64,000 bases of DNA from Minisyncoccota bacterium (GTDB taxonomy: Bacteria > Patescibacteriota > Minisyncoccia > Phycocordibacterales > UBA9973): contig JBAZSZ010000002.1 in the NCBI GenBank assembly GCA_041662205.1, forward strand, positions 27,957-91,956, in the 5' to 3' direction. The number at the start of each line of letters is the position of its first letter. Positions within the stretch are counted from its first letter, which is position 1. A program made the translations under genes and the position numbers. Shown here one piece after another: positions 19,206-28,023 of the stretch. The notes under the pieces were generated by a model. The model saw nothing but the letters and a program-made list of their open reading frames with translations, made no database searches and was not told where the DNA came from.

Positions 19206-20303
19206 TTAATTATTACTATCAAAGTCTCCTAAGGCTAATCCTATCGCCGTAGCAAATGAAAGCGACTGCTTGAAACTCATTTCTGGAATATAATTTTTTG
19301 TATCTGATATATTGATCCAGACATTTGCCATCTCCACAGTATTTTTCATACTGACAGAAATATAATCAGCCAACCCTATCAAATTGGAATCTCCACCACA
19401 AAAAATTATTTTTTTTATCAGTGGATTATTTTTCCCCTCCTCATCTTTATGCGTCTGCCAATATAAAAAATGCTTTACTATTTCATCACGCAAGATAGAA
19501 ACACTATTTAGGAGCACTGCGAATATTTCTTTATTGTCTGTATTTCTCTCCAACCCATACTTTTCTTTATTTTTTTCTGCTTCTTCAAAGCTGATATTAA
19601 AGTTTTTCTGAATCATCTGAGTCAGCGTCACCCCTCCTAAATCAAGAGTAGATGTAAATACCACAATCCCTTTTGAAACAATAAAAATACCAGTCCGTCT
19701 TTTGCCAAAATCCACAATCATATAAGTATCCATATCTCCTTTTTTAACAACCGCCCTAGAAACTGCTTGTGCCTCCAATTCAAATGATTTAACTGATATT
19801 CTTGATTGCTTAAAAATTGATAAATAATTTTCAATTATATTTTTGGGAACAGCAGTAACTTGAACTTCCAAATTTTGAATATTTTCACTGACTAATTCAT
19901 AATCAAAAATAGCATCCTCAGCCGATATTGGTACATGGTCTTCGAGGGCAAACTCTATTCCTTCTCGAACATTTTTCAAACCTGTTTTTTCTAATTTGAG
20001 CGCAAAAAGATACGCTTGTTCTTCCGGTAGAGAAACACGTACAGATTTTATTTTTTCCTCTTTTCTCATTAACGTTAAAATTTCCTCCATTTTTTTTGAG
20101 TTTTTAATCTTTCCAGACTCAATAACCCCGAGAGGGATGCTTCTCTCTCCATATCGCCCTACCCTAATGCCATTTTTAGTAGAAACAAGTTCAACAAATT
20201 TTAACGATTCATCTGAGATATCTAAACCAAAAAAAGGTTCTGAAAGAAATTTAGGTAGAGGAAAAAATCTTAAAAAGAATTTATTAAATAAATCACCAAG
20301 CAT
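19206..20303 (-). CDS. pilM: Type IV pilus assembly protein PilM (actin-like ATPase fold)
   Basis: DISDESLKFVEL...DFGKRRTGIFIVSKG...LDLGG matches the PilM family. Confidence 0.8.
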   Translation of the reverse strand: MLGDLFNKFFLRFFPLPKFLSEPFFGLDISDESLKFVELVSTKNGIRVGRYGERSIPLGVIESGKIKNSKKMEEILTLMRKEEKIKSVRVSLPEEQAYLFALKLEKTGLKNVREGIEFALEDHVPISAEDAIFDYELVSENIQNLEVQVTAVPKNIIENYLSIFKQSRISVKSFELEAQAVSRAVVKKGDMDTYMIVDFGKRRTGIFIVSKGIVVFTSTLDLGGVTLTQMIQKNFNISFEEAEKNKEKYGLERNTDNKEIFAVLLNSVSILRDEIVKHFLYWQTHKDEEGKNNPLIKKIIFCGGDSNLIGLADYISVSMKNTVEMANVWINISDTKNYIPEMSFKQSLSFATAIGLALGDFDSNN

Positions 20304-20346
20304 ATTAATAATTATATCAATAAACGAGGAGCATAAACAAGCTTGA
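20304..20346 (-). promoter_or_regulatory. Copy a of a conserved promoter-like motif (TTGTTT-atgCTCCTCGTTTattga-TATAAT) immediately upstream of the pilM ATG
   Basis: The same motif occurs at 11900-11936 (minus) and 53856-53890 (plus). The -10 ends 7 nt before the ATG, which would give a leaderless transcript. Confidence 0.35.
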
Positions 20347-20363
20347 TGCTCTATTTATTTATT

Positions 20364-20819
20364 TTATCCCTCTATTTGTCGGGATCTTCGATCTAAGTAT
20401 CTTTGTAAAATGAGCGCGGCTGCCGATGCATCTACTCGGCCAGACTTTATTTGCTTTACCTTACTATGAGACTGTGAAGGATTAAAACTTTTTTTATTAA
20501 TACCTATTTTTCTAGCCTCTACCGAAGTCAAAAATTCTTTTTGTTTATGCACTGGCAATTTAAAATGCTCTTTTAATTCTAAGATAAAAACCTCAATCCT
20601 ACCGGACAAAGCATTTAATTTCCCTGAAAAATCAACAGACTCTCCGACTACGATTTCCATCACTTTTTCTTTTTTTATTATGTCGTTGAGCTTTTTAAAA
20701 GTATTTGAATCATTTAAAACAATTTCTTTTGGAAAAGCCAAGGTCCCGTTTTCATCCGAGATTGCTACCCCAATTCTTTTTGTTCCATAATCAATACCTA
20801 AAAATCTTCCTGTAGTCAT
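20364..20819 (-). CDS. ruvX: Holliday-junction resolvase-like protein RuvX/YqgF
   Basis: LGIDYGTKRIGVAISD is the YqgF signature. I took the start at the internal Met in MTTGR. Confidence 0.85.
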   Translation of the reverse strand: MTTGRFLGIDYGTKRIGVAISDENGTLAFPKEIVLNDSNTFKKLNDIIKKEKVMEIVVGESVDFSGKLNALSGRIEVFILELKEHFKLPVHKQKEFLTSVEARKIGINKKSFNPSQSHSKVKQIKSGRVDASAAALILQRYLDRRSRQIEG

Positions 20820-20866
20820 ATTGGGAATATAGCACAAAAATTTATTTCTGGTATAATGTTTATATT

Positions 20867-21118
20867 ATGATGAATCAATATAATGTTTTGTTTGCAAATA
20901 GTGGTTGGGGTTGGGGATTATTATTACCAATTTTAATATGGTCTCTGTTTTGGAAAGGTTGTGCTCTATGGACAGCCTCCAAGAATAATCAAAAAGGGTG
21001 GTTCCTCGCTCTTCTTGTATTAAACACCGTTGGGATTTTAGAAATTATTTATATTTTCTATATTGCAAAAAAGAAGTGGGCTGACATAAAAGAAATTCTG
21101 ACTGTAAGTAAAAACTGA
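20867..21118 (+). CDS. Small hypothetical membrane protein
   Basis: 83 aa with two TM helices. Confidence 0.35.
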   Translation: MMNQYNVLFANSGWGWGLLLPILIWSLFWKGCALWTASKNNQKGWFLALLVLNTVGILEIIYIFYIAKKKWADIKEILTVSKN

Positions 21119-21214
21119 AGTTAAATAAAAAAAACAAAAAAAATACTCCAAACAATTGGGGTATTTTTTTGTTTAAACTTGAAAAAAGAATGGAATTACA
21201 GTAATGTAAACAAC

Positions 21215-21299
21215 GGAGGTGTCGCATAGAGGCTTAGTGCATCGGTCTTGAAAACCGAAGTCCTGAAAGGGACCGTGAGTTCGAATCTCACCACCTCCG
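21215..21299 (+). tRNA. tRNA-Ser (anticodon TGA)
   Basis: Acceptor GGAGGTG/CACCTCC, anticodon stem TCGGT/ACCGA, loop CTTGAAA, a long variable arm and a TTCGAAT T-loop. Confidence 0.85.
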
Positions 21300-21337
21300 C
21301 AAAAATTAGTAATTAAAATTCTTTCTTGTATAACTTT

Positions 21338-22582
21338 CTATTCATATCGCATAGCCTCAACAGGATCCATTTTGGCAGCTGATTTGGCAGGAAAAACTCC
21401 AAAAGAGATTCCAATTATCGCCGAAACACTAAAGGCAAGCACAATAGCATAAAATGGCACAGAAAATGTCCACGCGAGATTTGCTCCTTTAGCAATAAGT
21501 GAAATAATAAATCCTAAAAATGATCCAAACCCTATTCCAATTATTCCTCCTAAAATAGTGACCAGCACCGCCTCTACTAAAAACTCTTTTAAAATATCCG
21601 ACTCTCTGGCTCCTAGAGCTTTTTTTAATCCGATCTCTGCTGTCCGCTCCGTCACCACCACATACATTATATTCATAATTCCAACACCACCAACTAAAAG
21701 AGAAATAGTGGCGATAGCAATAAGCAAAAAAGTAATTCCATCAAAAATGACATTAAAGGTTTCCAAGGCTTGTGCTTGCGTTTGAACAATAAAATCATCT
21801 TTAGCTGAATCATTTATATTATGATTATTTCGCAAAGCAATTTTTATTTGTTCTGCAGTTGCTTCAGCATCATTTATATCATTCAAGGCCACTATCCCGA
21901 CAGAGATATAATCAATTCCGAGCAATTTTTTCTGAGCCGTATTGAGCGGAATAAAAACAATTCCATCATTTTCAGAAAGCGCTCCCTGTGGGGCATAAAC
22001 ACCAATCACTTGAAAATTTAAAGCGCCAAGCTTAAATAATTTTCCCACAGGATCATCTTGCCCAAAAAGATCTTCAGCAATAGTAGAACCAAGTATAGCC
22101 ACTTGCGCCCCACTTGAATCTTCAGCCTTAGTAAAAAATCTTCCGGTAGAAAGTTTTGTTTTATCTATATTGAACCTATCTGCTCCGACTCCATAATATA
22201 TTGCGCTTTTTTTATTATTTCTATAAAGAGAAACAGCTTGACCGGTAATAATGCCATAACTCCCAACAACATTTTGTAATTTATTTATGCTGTCTAAATC
22301 TCTTTGTTTTAAACTGGTGATGACAACCCCGACTACCGCTCCTCCGGGTCCATCTGTCGCTTCGCTCCGTTTCTTTGTAGCAGAAGGAATATGTGTTTGA
22401 ACAAATAAAGTATTACTTCCAAGCGTAGCAACTTGAGAATCAATGAGCGAACGAAAACCAGCTCCGGTAGATAGCACTAAAACAACTGTCCCAATGCCTA
22501 TGATAATACCAAGCATTGTTAAAACAGTTCTGCCTTTATTGGCTCTCAGTGCTTTAATAGATTGTTTAAGTATTTTTATCAT
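21338..22582 (-). CDS. ABC transporter permease, FtsX/MacB family
   Basis: N-terminal TM helix, a large extracytoplasmic domain, then a C-terminal 3-TM FtsX domain. Confidence 0.8.
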   Translation of the reverse strand: MIKILKQSIKALRANKGRTVLTMLGIIIGIGTVVLVLSTGAGFRSLIDSQVATLGSNTLFVQTHIPSATKKRSEATDGPGGAVVGVVITSLKQRDLDSINKLQNVVGSYGIITGQAVSLYRNNKKSAIYYGVGADRFNIDKTKLSTGRFFTKAEDSSGAQVAILGSTIAEDLFGQDDPVGKLFKLGALNFQVIGVYAPQGALSENDGIVFIPLNTAQKKLLGIDYISVGIVALNDINDAEATAEQIKIALRNNHNINDSAKDDFIVQTQAQALETFNVIFDGITFLLIAIATISLLVGGVGIMNIMYVVVTERTAEIGLKKALGARESDILKEFLVEAVLVTILGGIIGIGFGSFLGFIISLIAKGANLAWTFSVPFYAIVLAFSVSAIIGISFGVFPAKSAAKMDPVEAMRYE

Positions 22583-22591
22583 AAATATAAT

Positions 22592-23863
22592 TTACTCATA
22601 ACGAAGCGCATCGATCGGATTCAGTCTAGAAGCTTTTAATGAAGGATAGAGACCAAAAATAACACCAGTCAAAACAGACACACCAACAGCCAAAAGAATA
22701 GAAGATATTGAAATAACAAAATCCCAATCAAAATTTAAATATTTCATAAGTACTGCCATTAAATATGAAATTATCACACCGACAATAATACCAATCATTC
22801 CGCCAATCAAAGTCACAGCTCCAGCTTCAAGTAAAAATTGCTTCATAATAACAGTGTTCGTTGCGCCTACTGCTTTTCTTAAGCCAATTTCCCGTGTTCT
22901 CTCCGCTACGGTTGCCAGCATAATATTTAAAATTCCGATACCTCCTACAACCAGAGCAATCGCCGCCATCGATGTTAAAAACAAACTAAGAGCATCAGTA
23001 ATAGTTTTTAAAATATCTACAGCTGTTGCTTGATTTCTCACAGTAAAATCAATATCATCATCAGTCAGTATGTGATGCCTTTGTTTCAATACACTCGTTA
23101 CGTCATTTATAGTTTGATCTATATTGAGAGCTGAGTCCACTTTTATATTTATTGCCTGCAAATAATGTATGCCTAAAAGCTGACCTTGCGCAACGGAAAG
23201 TGGTACAAAAATTTGATCATCTTGATCCTGAAAAAAAGCGCTACCTCTCTTTTCTATAACTCCAACAATCCTCAAGGGCACTCCGCCTGCATTTGTTTGA
23301 GAACTATTTTTAACTTTTACAACTTGTCCAATCGGATCTACTCCCGTGCCAGCAAATAAAGCATCTGCAACCTTGGAACCCAAGACTACGACTTTCGCTC
23401 CTCCCCTATTTGCTGTTTCATCAATAAATGTTCCAGAGCTCATTGTAAAATTAACCACACTGGCATATCCATAATCAGTACCGATGAAACTCGTATCTGT
23501 ACTTTTATTTTGCCAAAGTACAGTACCTGCTCCACGAACCATGGCATTCACTGCCACTGCATGTGGAACTTGAACTGATGAACGTAAAATCTCAGCATCT
23601 GACTCCACTAAAGTAGTAACGACAACACCAAAAACTTGCGCCGGTGGGCCCTTTGGATCACTTTTGCCAGGTTGAATAGAAAGAAGATTAGAACCAAGCT
23701 TATTTACTTGTCCAAGAACAAGAGACTGCGCTCCAGCACCGAGAGATATTATGATTATCACCCCTGCCACACCAATAACAATCCCAAGCATAGTCAAAAA
23801 AGATCTTCCTTTTCTAGAAAGCAGATTACGAATGGTCATTTTTATTATTGAAAAAAAATTCAT
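22592..23863 (-). CDS. ABC transporter permease, FtsX/MacB family (second copy)
   Basis: Paralogue of the adjacent permease with the same architecture. Confidence 0.8.
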   Translation of the reverse strand: MNFFSIIKMTIRNLLSRKGRSFLTMLGIVIGVAGVIIIISLGAGAQSLVLGQVNKLGSNLLSIQPGKSDPKGPPAQVFGVVVTTLVESDAEILRSSVQVPHAVAVNAMVRGAGTVLWQNKSTDTSFIGTDYGYASVVNFTMSSGTFIDETANRGGAKVVVLGSKVADALFAGTGVDPIGQVVKVKNSSQTNAGGVPLRIVGVIEKRGSAFFQDQDDQIFVPLSVAQGQLLGIHYLQAINIKVDSALNIDQTINDVTSVLKQRHHILTDDDIDFTVRNQATAVDILKTITDALSLFLTSMAAIALVVGGIGILNIMLATVAERTREIGLRKAVGATNTVIMKQFLLEAGAVTLIGGMIGIIVGVIISYLMAVLMKYLNFDWDFVISISSILLAVGVSVLTGVIFGLYPSLKASRLNPIDALRYE

Positions 23864-23864
23864 T

Positions 23865-24581
23865 CTATTTCTTTAGCTCTCCATCACCTTTTGCTATCGT
23901 TCTTTTCAAAACTTTTTCATCTCCAACAATCATTCCATCTTTAATATAAATTATTCTCTTGGCATGATTCGCAGTATCCATCTCATGAGTCACTAGAATA
24001 ATAGTATGGCCTCTATCATTTAGTTTCTGTAAAATTTCTAAAACAGCGTTCCCAGATTTTGAATCGAGGTTACCGGTAGGCTCATCGGCAAAGATAACAG
24101 CTGGATCGCAAACCAAAGCTCTCGCTATAGCCACGCGTTGTTTTTCTCCTCCAGAAATTTGATTCGTAAAATAATCCAAACGATGGGAAAGACCCACATC
24201 TGCTAAAGCTTTCTTTGATAAATTATCATGATCTTTTTTTTTACTATAAAGTAATGGTAATTTCACATTGTCTAAGACGGTAGTGCGCGCAAGCAGATTA
24301 AAGGATTGAAAAACGAAACCAATACGCTCGTTTCGTAGTTTCGCCAGATAATCTTTGTCAAAATCTTTTGTGTCCTGCCCTTCAAATTCATAAAGACCTG
24401 AGGTAGACTTGTCTAAAAAACTCAAAATATGCATGAGTGTTGATTTGCCGGATCCAGATGGGCCCATGATTGCCACAAATTCTCCTTGTTCCATACTAAA
24501 ATCAACTCCACGAAGAACGGACGTGACTATTCCCCCACTTTCGTAATCCTTTGTTAAATTTTCTATTTTTATCAAAGGCAT
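23865..24581 (-). CDS. ABC transporter ATP-binding protein (MacB/LolD-like)
   Basis: Walker [13 protein letters not shown] signature [15 protein letters not shown] and Walker [10 protein letters not shown]. Confidence 0.9.
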   Translation of the reverse strand: MPLIKIENLTKDYESGGIVTSVLRGVDFSMEQGEFVAIMGPSGSGKSTLMHILSFLDKSTSGLYEFEGQDTKDFDKDYLAKLRNERIGFVFQSFNLLARTTVLDNVKLPLLYSKKKDHDNLSKKALADVGLSHRLDYFTNQISGGEKQRVAIARALVCDPAVIFADEPTGNLDSKSGNAVLEILQKLNDRGHTIILVTHEMDTANHAKRIIYIKDGMIVGDEKVLKRTIAKGDGELKK

Positions 24582-24598
24582 AATCTAAAATTTAAAAT

Positions 24599-26065
24599 CT
24601 ATTTTACAAAAGTTACTATCTCCTGCCCCACACTCAATCCAGATGTAATTTCCGTCAGCCCTCCATCCGCTTCAAGCCCAGTTGCTACTTCTACTTCACT
24701 ATAAGTTTTATTTTTTGGATCATTAATTACTCTAACAATATGTTTGCCATTCTTATTTATTACTGCACTATTTGGAACGACTAAAACGTTTTTTTTCTCC
24801 GCCACTTTTATCGTCATATTGTCAGTCATACCAGGTTTAATTTCTGGAATTTTTTCTAAACTGCCGGTCACTTTATAATTAACCACGCCAGAAATAATAG
24901 TTGAAGCGGGATTTATCGTAAGTACTTTAGTTATAAAATGCTTATCAGGACCAAGCGCATCAAAAGTATTATCAATAGATTGACCAGGAGCGACAGCTGC
25001 AATATCAGCTTCACTAACCAAAGCCTCAGTGTGCAACTCTCCCACATTTAGTAATTTCATCGCCACTTTTGTTGCTGATGCTAATTCTCCAACTTTTATA
25101 TCCACTTCTGTAATCGTCCCATTAGAAGGAGCAATCAGTCTAGCTTTCTTTATGTTTAAATTAATACCATCCACACTAGCTTGAGCTTGGGCTATTTGAG
25201 CATCAACTACCGAAGAACCAAAACTTCCCACATTCGCTTGCGCCACCGCGATAGCAGAATCCCGAGTCTGCAAAGCAAGCTGATAAAGGTTGTAATTTGT
25301 ATTATAGTTCGAAGCATTTTTATTAGGTATATTTATTTTAAATTCTACTCCTGCTTGTAGAGTTTTTGTTTTATCAAAAGACAAAAAAAGTCCACAGCTT
25401 CCTATGGGTCTAGAAATATCCGTCAAAAGAAAAGCTCCTTGTTCCAACCCAGAGTAATTTACAGAAATACCACTTGTTGAACCATAAGTTTTTATATTAT
25501 AAGTTCCTTCTTGATCACAAGCGTAAGTCCCAGAAACTAAAGGAGTATCCGAACCACTAAGATCACCCACCGCAACAGCAGTGAGAATTGAATTGAGAAG
25601 AGTACGATGAGCATTTGAAACTAAAATATTTTGTTCCGCAGTCACATTTGCAAGATTTTTTTTTGAAGCAAATGCGCGCTGCTCTGCAAGCACCAGACCA
25701 GCTTGTGCATTATGCAGTTGTGCTACAAGATCACTTGTGTCTTGTTCCGCTAACAACTGCCCAGCAAAAACCACATCTCCTTCTTTTACTAAAACTCTCT
25801 TAACTACACCACTCGATTGCCAACTTAAATTCAAATCCGTAGAACTCACAACTTGCCCAGTGACAAGGACCGTTTTTTCTATATCCTGCTGTTTAACTAG
25901 ATTAGTTTGAATATTATTAGTATCGGATTTTTTGCCAAAAAGAAACCAGCCTCCAAGCAATAAAAGTAATATTACCAAGGCCCATATAATCTTTTTCTTA
26001 GTAAAGAATGTTTTTATCTTCATTAAAATTTGGATCATTTTCATTTTTTTATTATATATAAACAT
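24599..26065 (-). CDS. HlyD/MacA-like periplasmic adaptor subunit
   Basis: N-terminal TM anchor, a coiled-coil hairpin and a beta-barrel C-terminus. It is the first gene of the ABC efflux operon. Confidence 0.7.
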   Translation of the reverse strand: MFIYNKKMKMIQILMKIKTFFTKKKIIWALVILLLLLGGWFLFGKKSDTNNIQTNLVKQQDIEKTVLVTGQVVSSTDLNLSWQSSGVVKRVLVKEGDVVFAGQLLAEQDTSDLVAQLHNAQAGLVLAEQRAFASKKNLANVTAEQNILVSNAHRTLLNSILTAVAVGDLSGSDTPLVSGTYACDQEGTYNIKTYGSTSGISVNYSGLEQGAFLLTDISRPIGSCGLFLSFDKTKTLQAGVEFKINIPNKNASNYNTNYNLYQLALQTRDSAIAVAQANVGSFGSSVVDAQIAQAQASVDGINLNIKKARLIAPSNGTITEVDIKVGELASATKVAMKLLNVGELHTEALVSEADIAAVAPGQSIDNTFDALGPDKHFITKVLTINPASTIISGVVNYKVTGSLEKIPEIKPGMTDNMTIKVAEKKNVLVVPNSAVINKNGKHIVRVINDPKNKTYSEVEVATGLEADGGLTEITSGLSVGQEIVTFVK

Positions 26066-26106
26066 TTATTAATAACAAGTCTAAATAAATATGGTACAAT
26101 TACTTT

Positions 26107-26601
26107 ATGGAAATCTTGGAAAGATCAGATGAAAAACTAATTTGGTCTGCTTTAGAATATGAAGAGAAATATCGAACTTCAGATTGGTTTTGGGCACTCG
26201 GTGTCATCGTGGTTACGAGCTCTATCGCCTCGATTATTTTTGAAAATTATTTTTTTGCGGCGTTGATTATTCTCTCTGGAATCCTGCTCGGATTTTTCGC
26301 CATCAAGAAACCTGATACCGTTACCTATGAATTAAATAAAAAAGGATTAATCATCCGACATCGCCTTTACCCCTATGAAAATATAAAATCTTTTTGGATT
26401 CAAATCGGTGAGCACCCTGAGACGAACATCAAGCCAATACTTTTCATCCATTCAGAAAGAGCCTTTATGCCAATTCTTGCAATTCCGATAAATGAAACGA
26501 TCGTGGAAGATATCCACTCCATAATGCTTTCAAGAGATATTGCTGAAGTAGAAATGAAAGAGCACGCTTCAGAAAAAATAATGGAAGCTCTAGGGTTTTA
26601 A
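26107..26601 (+). CDS. Hypothetical membrane protein (possible bacterial PH-domain protein)
   Basis: Two TM helices followed by a small soluble domain. Confidence 0.4.
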   Translation: MEILERSDEKLIWSALEYEEKYRTSDWFWALGVIVVTSSIASIIFENYFFAALIILSGILLGFFAIKKPDTVTYELNKKGLIIRHRLYPYENIKSFWIQIGEHPETNIKPILFIHSERAFMPILAIPINETIVEDIHSIMLSRDIAEVEMKEHASEKIMEALGF

Positions 26602-26637
26602 TAGACTTTTTTTCAAAAACTGGTAATCTTCAAAGAT

Positions 26638-26709
26638 GCCTTCGTCGTTCAATGGATAGGACGCAACTTTGCGGAAGTTGTGATGCAGGTTCGATTCCTG
26701 CCGAGGGCA
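26638..26709 (+). tRNA. tRNA-Arg (anticodon GCG as read; uncommon)
   Basis: Acceptor GCCTTCG/CGAGGGC, perfect 5-bp anticodon stem CAACT/AGTTG, loop TTGCGGA and a TTCGATT T-loop. Confidence 0.7.
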
Positions 26710-26930
26710 CAAAATAAATTTTTTTCTAAAAATTCAAATTTAATCACAAATTTAATAACTTTTTATAAAGATAAAGAGAAATAACTCTGCACCTTGTAAA
26801 TCTTCACCCAAACCCCATGCATTGACATTTTTGTCAAGGTATGATACAATCCTATTTGAAGAGAAGTTCTCTGTAAAAAAAATAAATAGGGTCGTAGACC
26901 CTAAAAAAATTCAAGAAAGGAGAAAATATC

Positions 26931-27800
26931 ATGAAAAAGTTGATATTTCTCGCCATCCTTGCGGTGGCAACAATGTTTTTCTCCGCGCCGGTTGGCGCGG
27001 AGGTAGACCACTGGAAAACGGGAGATGAGTGCCTGGCGGCACCAGTTACCGCCATGAACTATTTTCCAACAATCCTTAGCAAGCAAACGCCTGCTAAGGG
27101 TGAAATTGCAGGAGGGTTTCCCAGCCCCCGCTGCGTAAAAATGGACCTACCCGACAGATGGGGTGGTATAGGCTGGGTTCGCATCGGAAGTGATCGCAAA
27201 ATCATTTTCGATGAGAAAACTGGCAAGCCACTCCGGCTTGCCGAGTGTAACAACAAAATTTATGAAGTTGTTGCGCTACCCGCAGTCGCGGGTACACCAG
27301 GAGCAACAGGAGCCCCCGGACCACAAGGTCCTCAGGGTATCCCTGGTCCCCCTGGACCAGCCGGTCCTGCAGGAAGGGATGGATATGACGGTCGTGACGC
27401 AAGTTACGACCAAGAGTACGAACAACCCTCCCAAGTCCCAGCTTTTTTAGGAGGAGTTCTGGGAGGAATAGTTGGGGGTTATGTAAACCCCAACTATGGC
27501 CAGCAACAGCAGTATCGCACCGGTAGCCACCGCCGTGTTGGCGGAGGTTACCGTGGTGGCAATTATCGCCACCAACGGCAATACCAGCCGAGGCAGTCAC
27601 ACATGCGGCAGCATAATGTACGGCCGCCTCACCAACCGCAACCGCGGTTCGTCGGAGTTCCTCCAGGAGGAAGAACCGGTCCCGCCATTAACATTGGTGG
27701 CACCCCTCCTCCTTCAGGAGGAGGCGGAGGCGGCCGTGGCCCCGGTGGCAACACCGGCGGCGGAAACGGTTCCGGTGGTCGCACCGGAAACGCATTCTGA
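26931..27800 (+). CDS. Secreted collagen-like (Gly-X-Y repeat) protein with a Gly/Arg/Gln-rich low-complexity tail; GC-rich gene
   Basis: A signal peptide (MKKLIFLAILAVATMFFSAPVGA) is followed by GTPGATGAPGPQGPQGIPGPPGPAGPAGRDGYDGRD and later a GGGYRGGNYR...GGGGGGRGPGG tail. An RBS (aggag) lies upstream. Local GC is far above the window norm. Confidence 0.7.
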   Translation: MKKLIFLAILAVATMFFSAPVGAEVDHWKTGDECLAAPVTAMNYFPTILSKQTPAKGEIAGGFPSPRCVKMDLPDRWGGIGWVRIGSDRKIIFDEKTGKPLRLAECNNKIYEVVALPAVAGTPGATGAPGPQGPQGIPGPPGPAGPAGRDGYDGRDASYDQEYEQPSQVPAFLGGVLGGIVGGYVNPNYGQQQQYRTGSHRRVGGGYRGGNYRHQRQYQPRQSHMRQHNVRPPHQPQPRFVGVPPGGRTGPAINIGGTPPPSGGGGGGRGPGGNTGGGNGSGGRTGNAF

Positions 27801-27848
27801 TTTATCGATAACATTCTTCAATTTTTATTTCGAAGAATGCCATCACCT

Positions 27849-27890
27849 AGGGGAGGTTTGTGTGTTTTTATACACAAACTTCCCCTACTT
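27849..27890 (+). terminator. Long RNA hairpin downstream of the collagen-like gene
   Basis: aggggaggtttgtgtg-ttttta-tacacaaacttcccct forms a 16-bp stem. It has two G-U pairs that are only valid on the plus-strand RNA. Confidence 0.4.
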
Positions 27891-28023
27891 TCCAAAGTTA
27901 TTAATCTAGAATTTATTATCTATGATTTATAATTCCGGAAAGTAGAAATGTCGAATTTTTACTTTAAATTATAATTAAATTAGCTCTATTGACAACAAAG
28001 AGCTACTATGCTAAAATAAGAAT

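Noticed and set aside
27202-27909. Long alternative-frame ORFs (27202..27600 minus, 27496..27909 plus, 27629..27814 minus) inside the collagen-like gene
   Set aside because: The high GC removes stop codons in all frames. The plus-strand frame with the signal peptide, RBS and Gly-X-Y periodicity is the coherent one.
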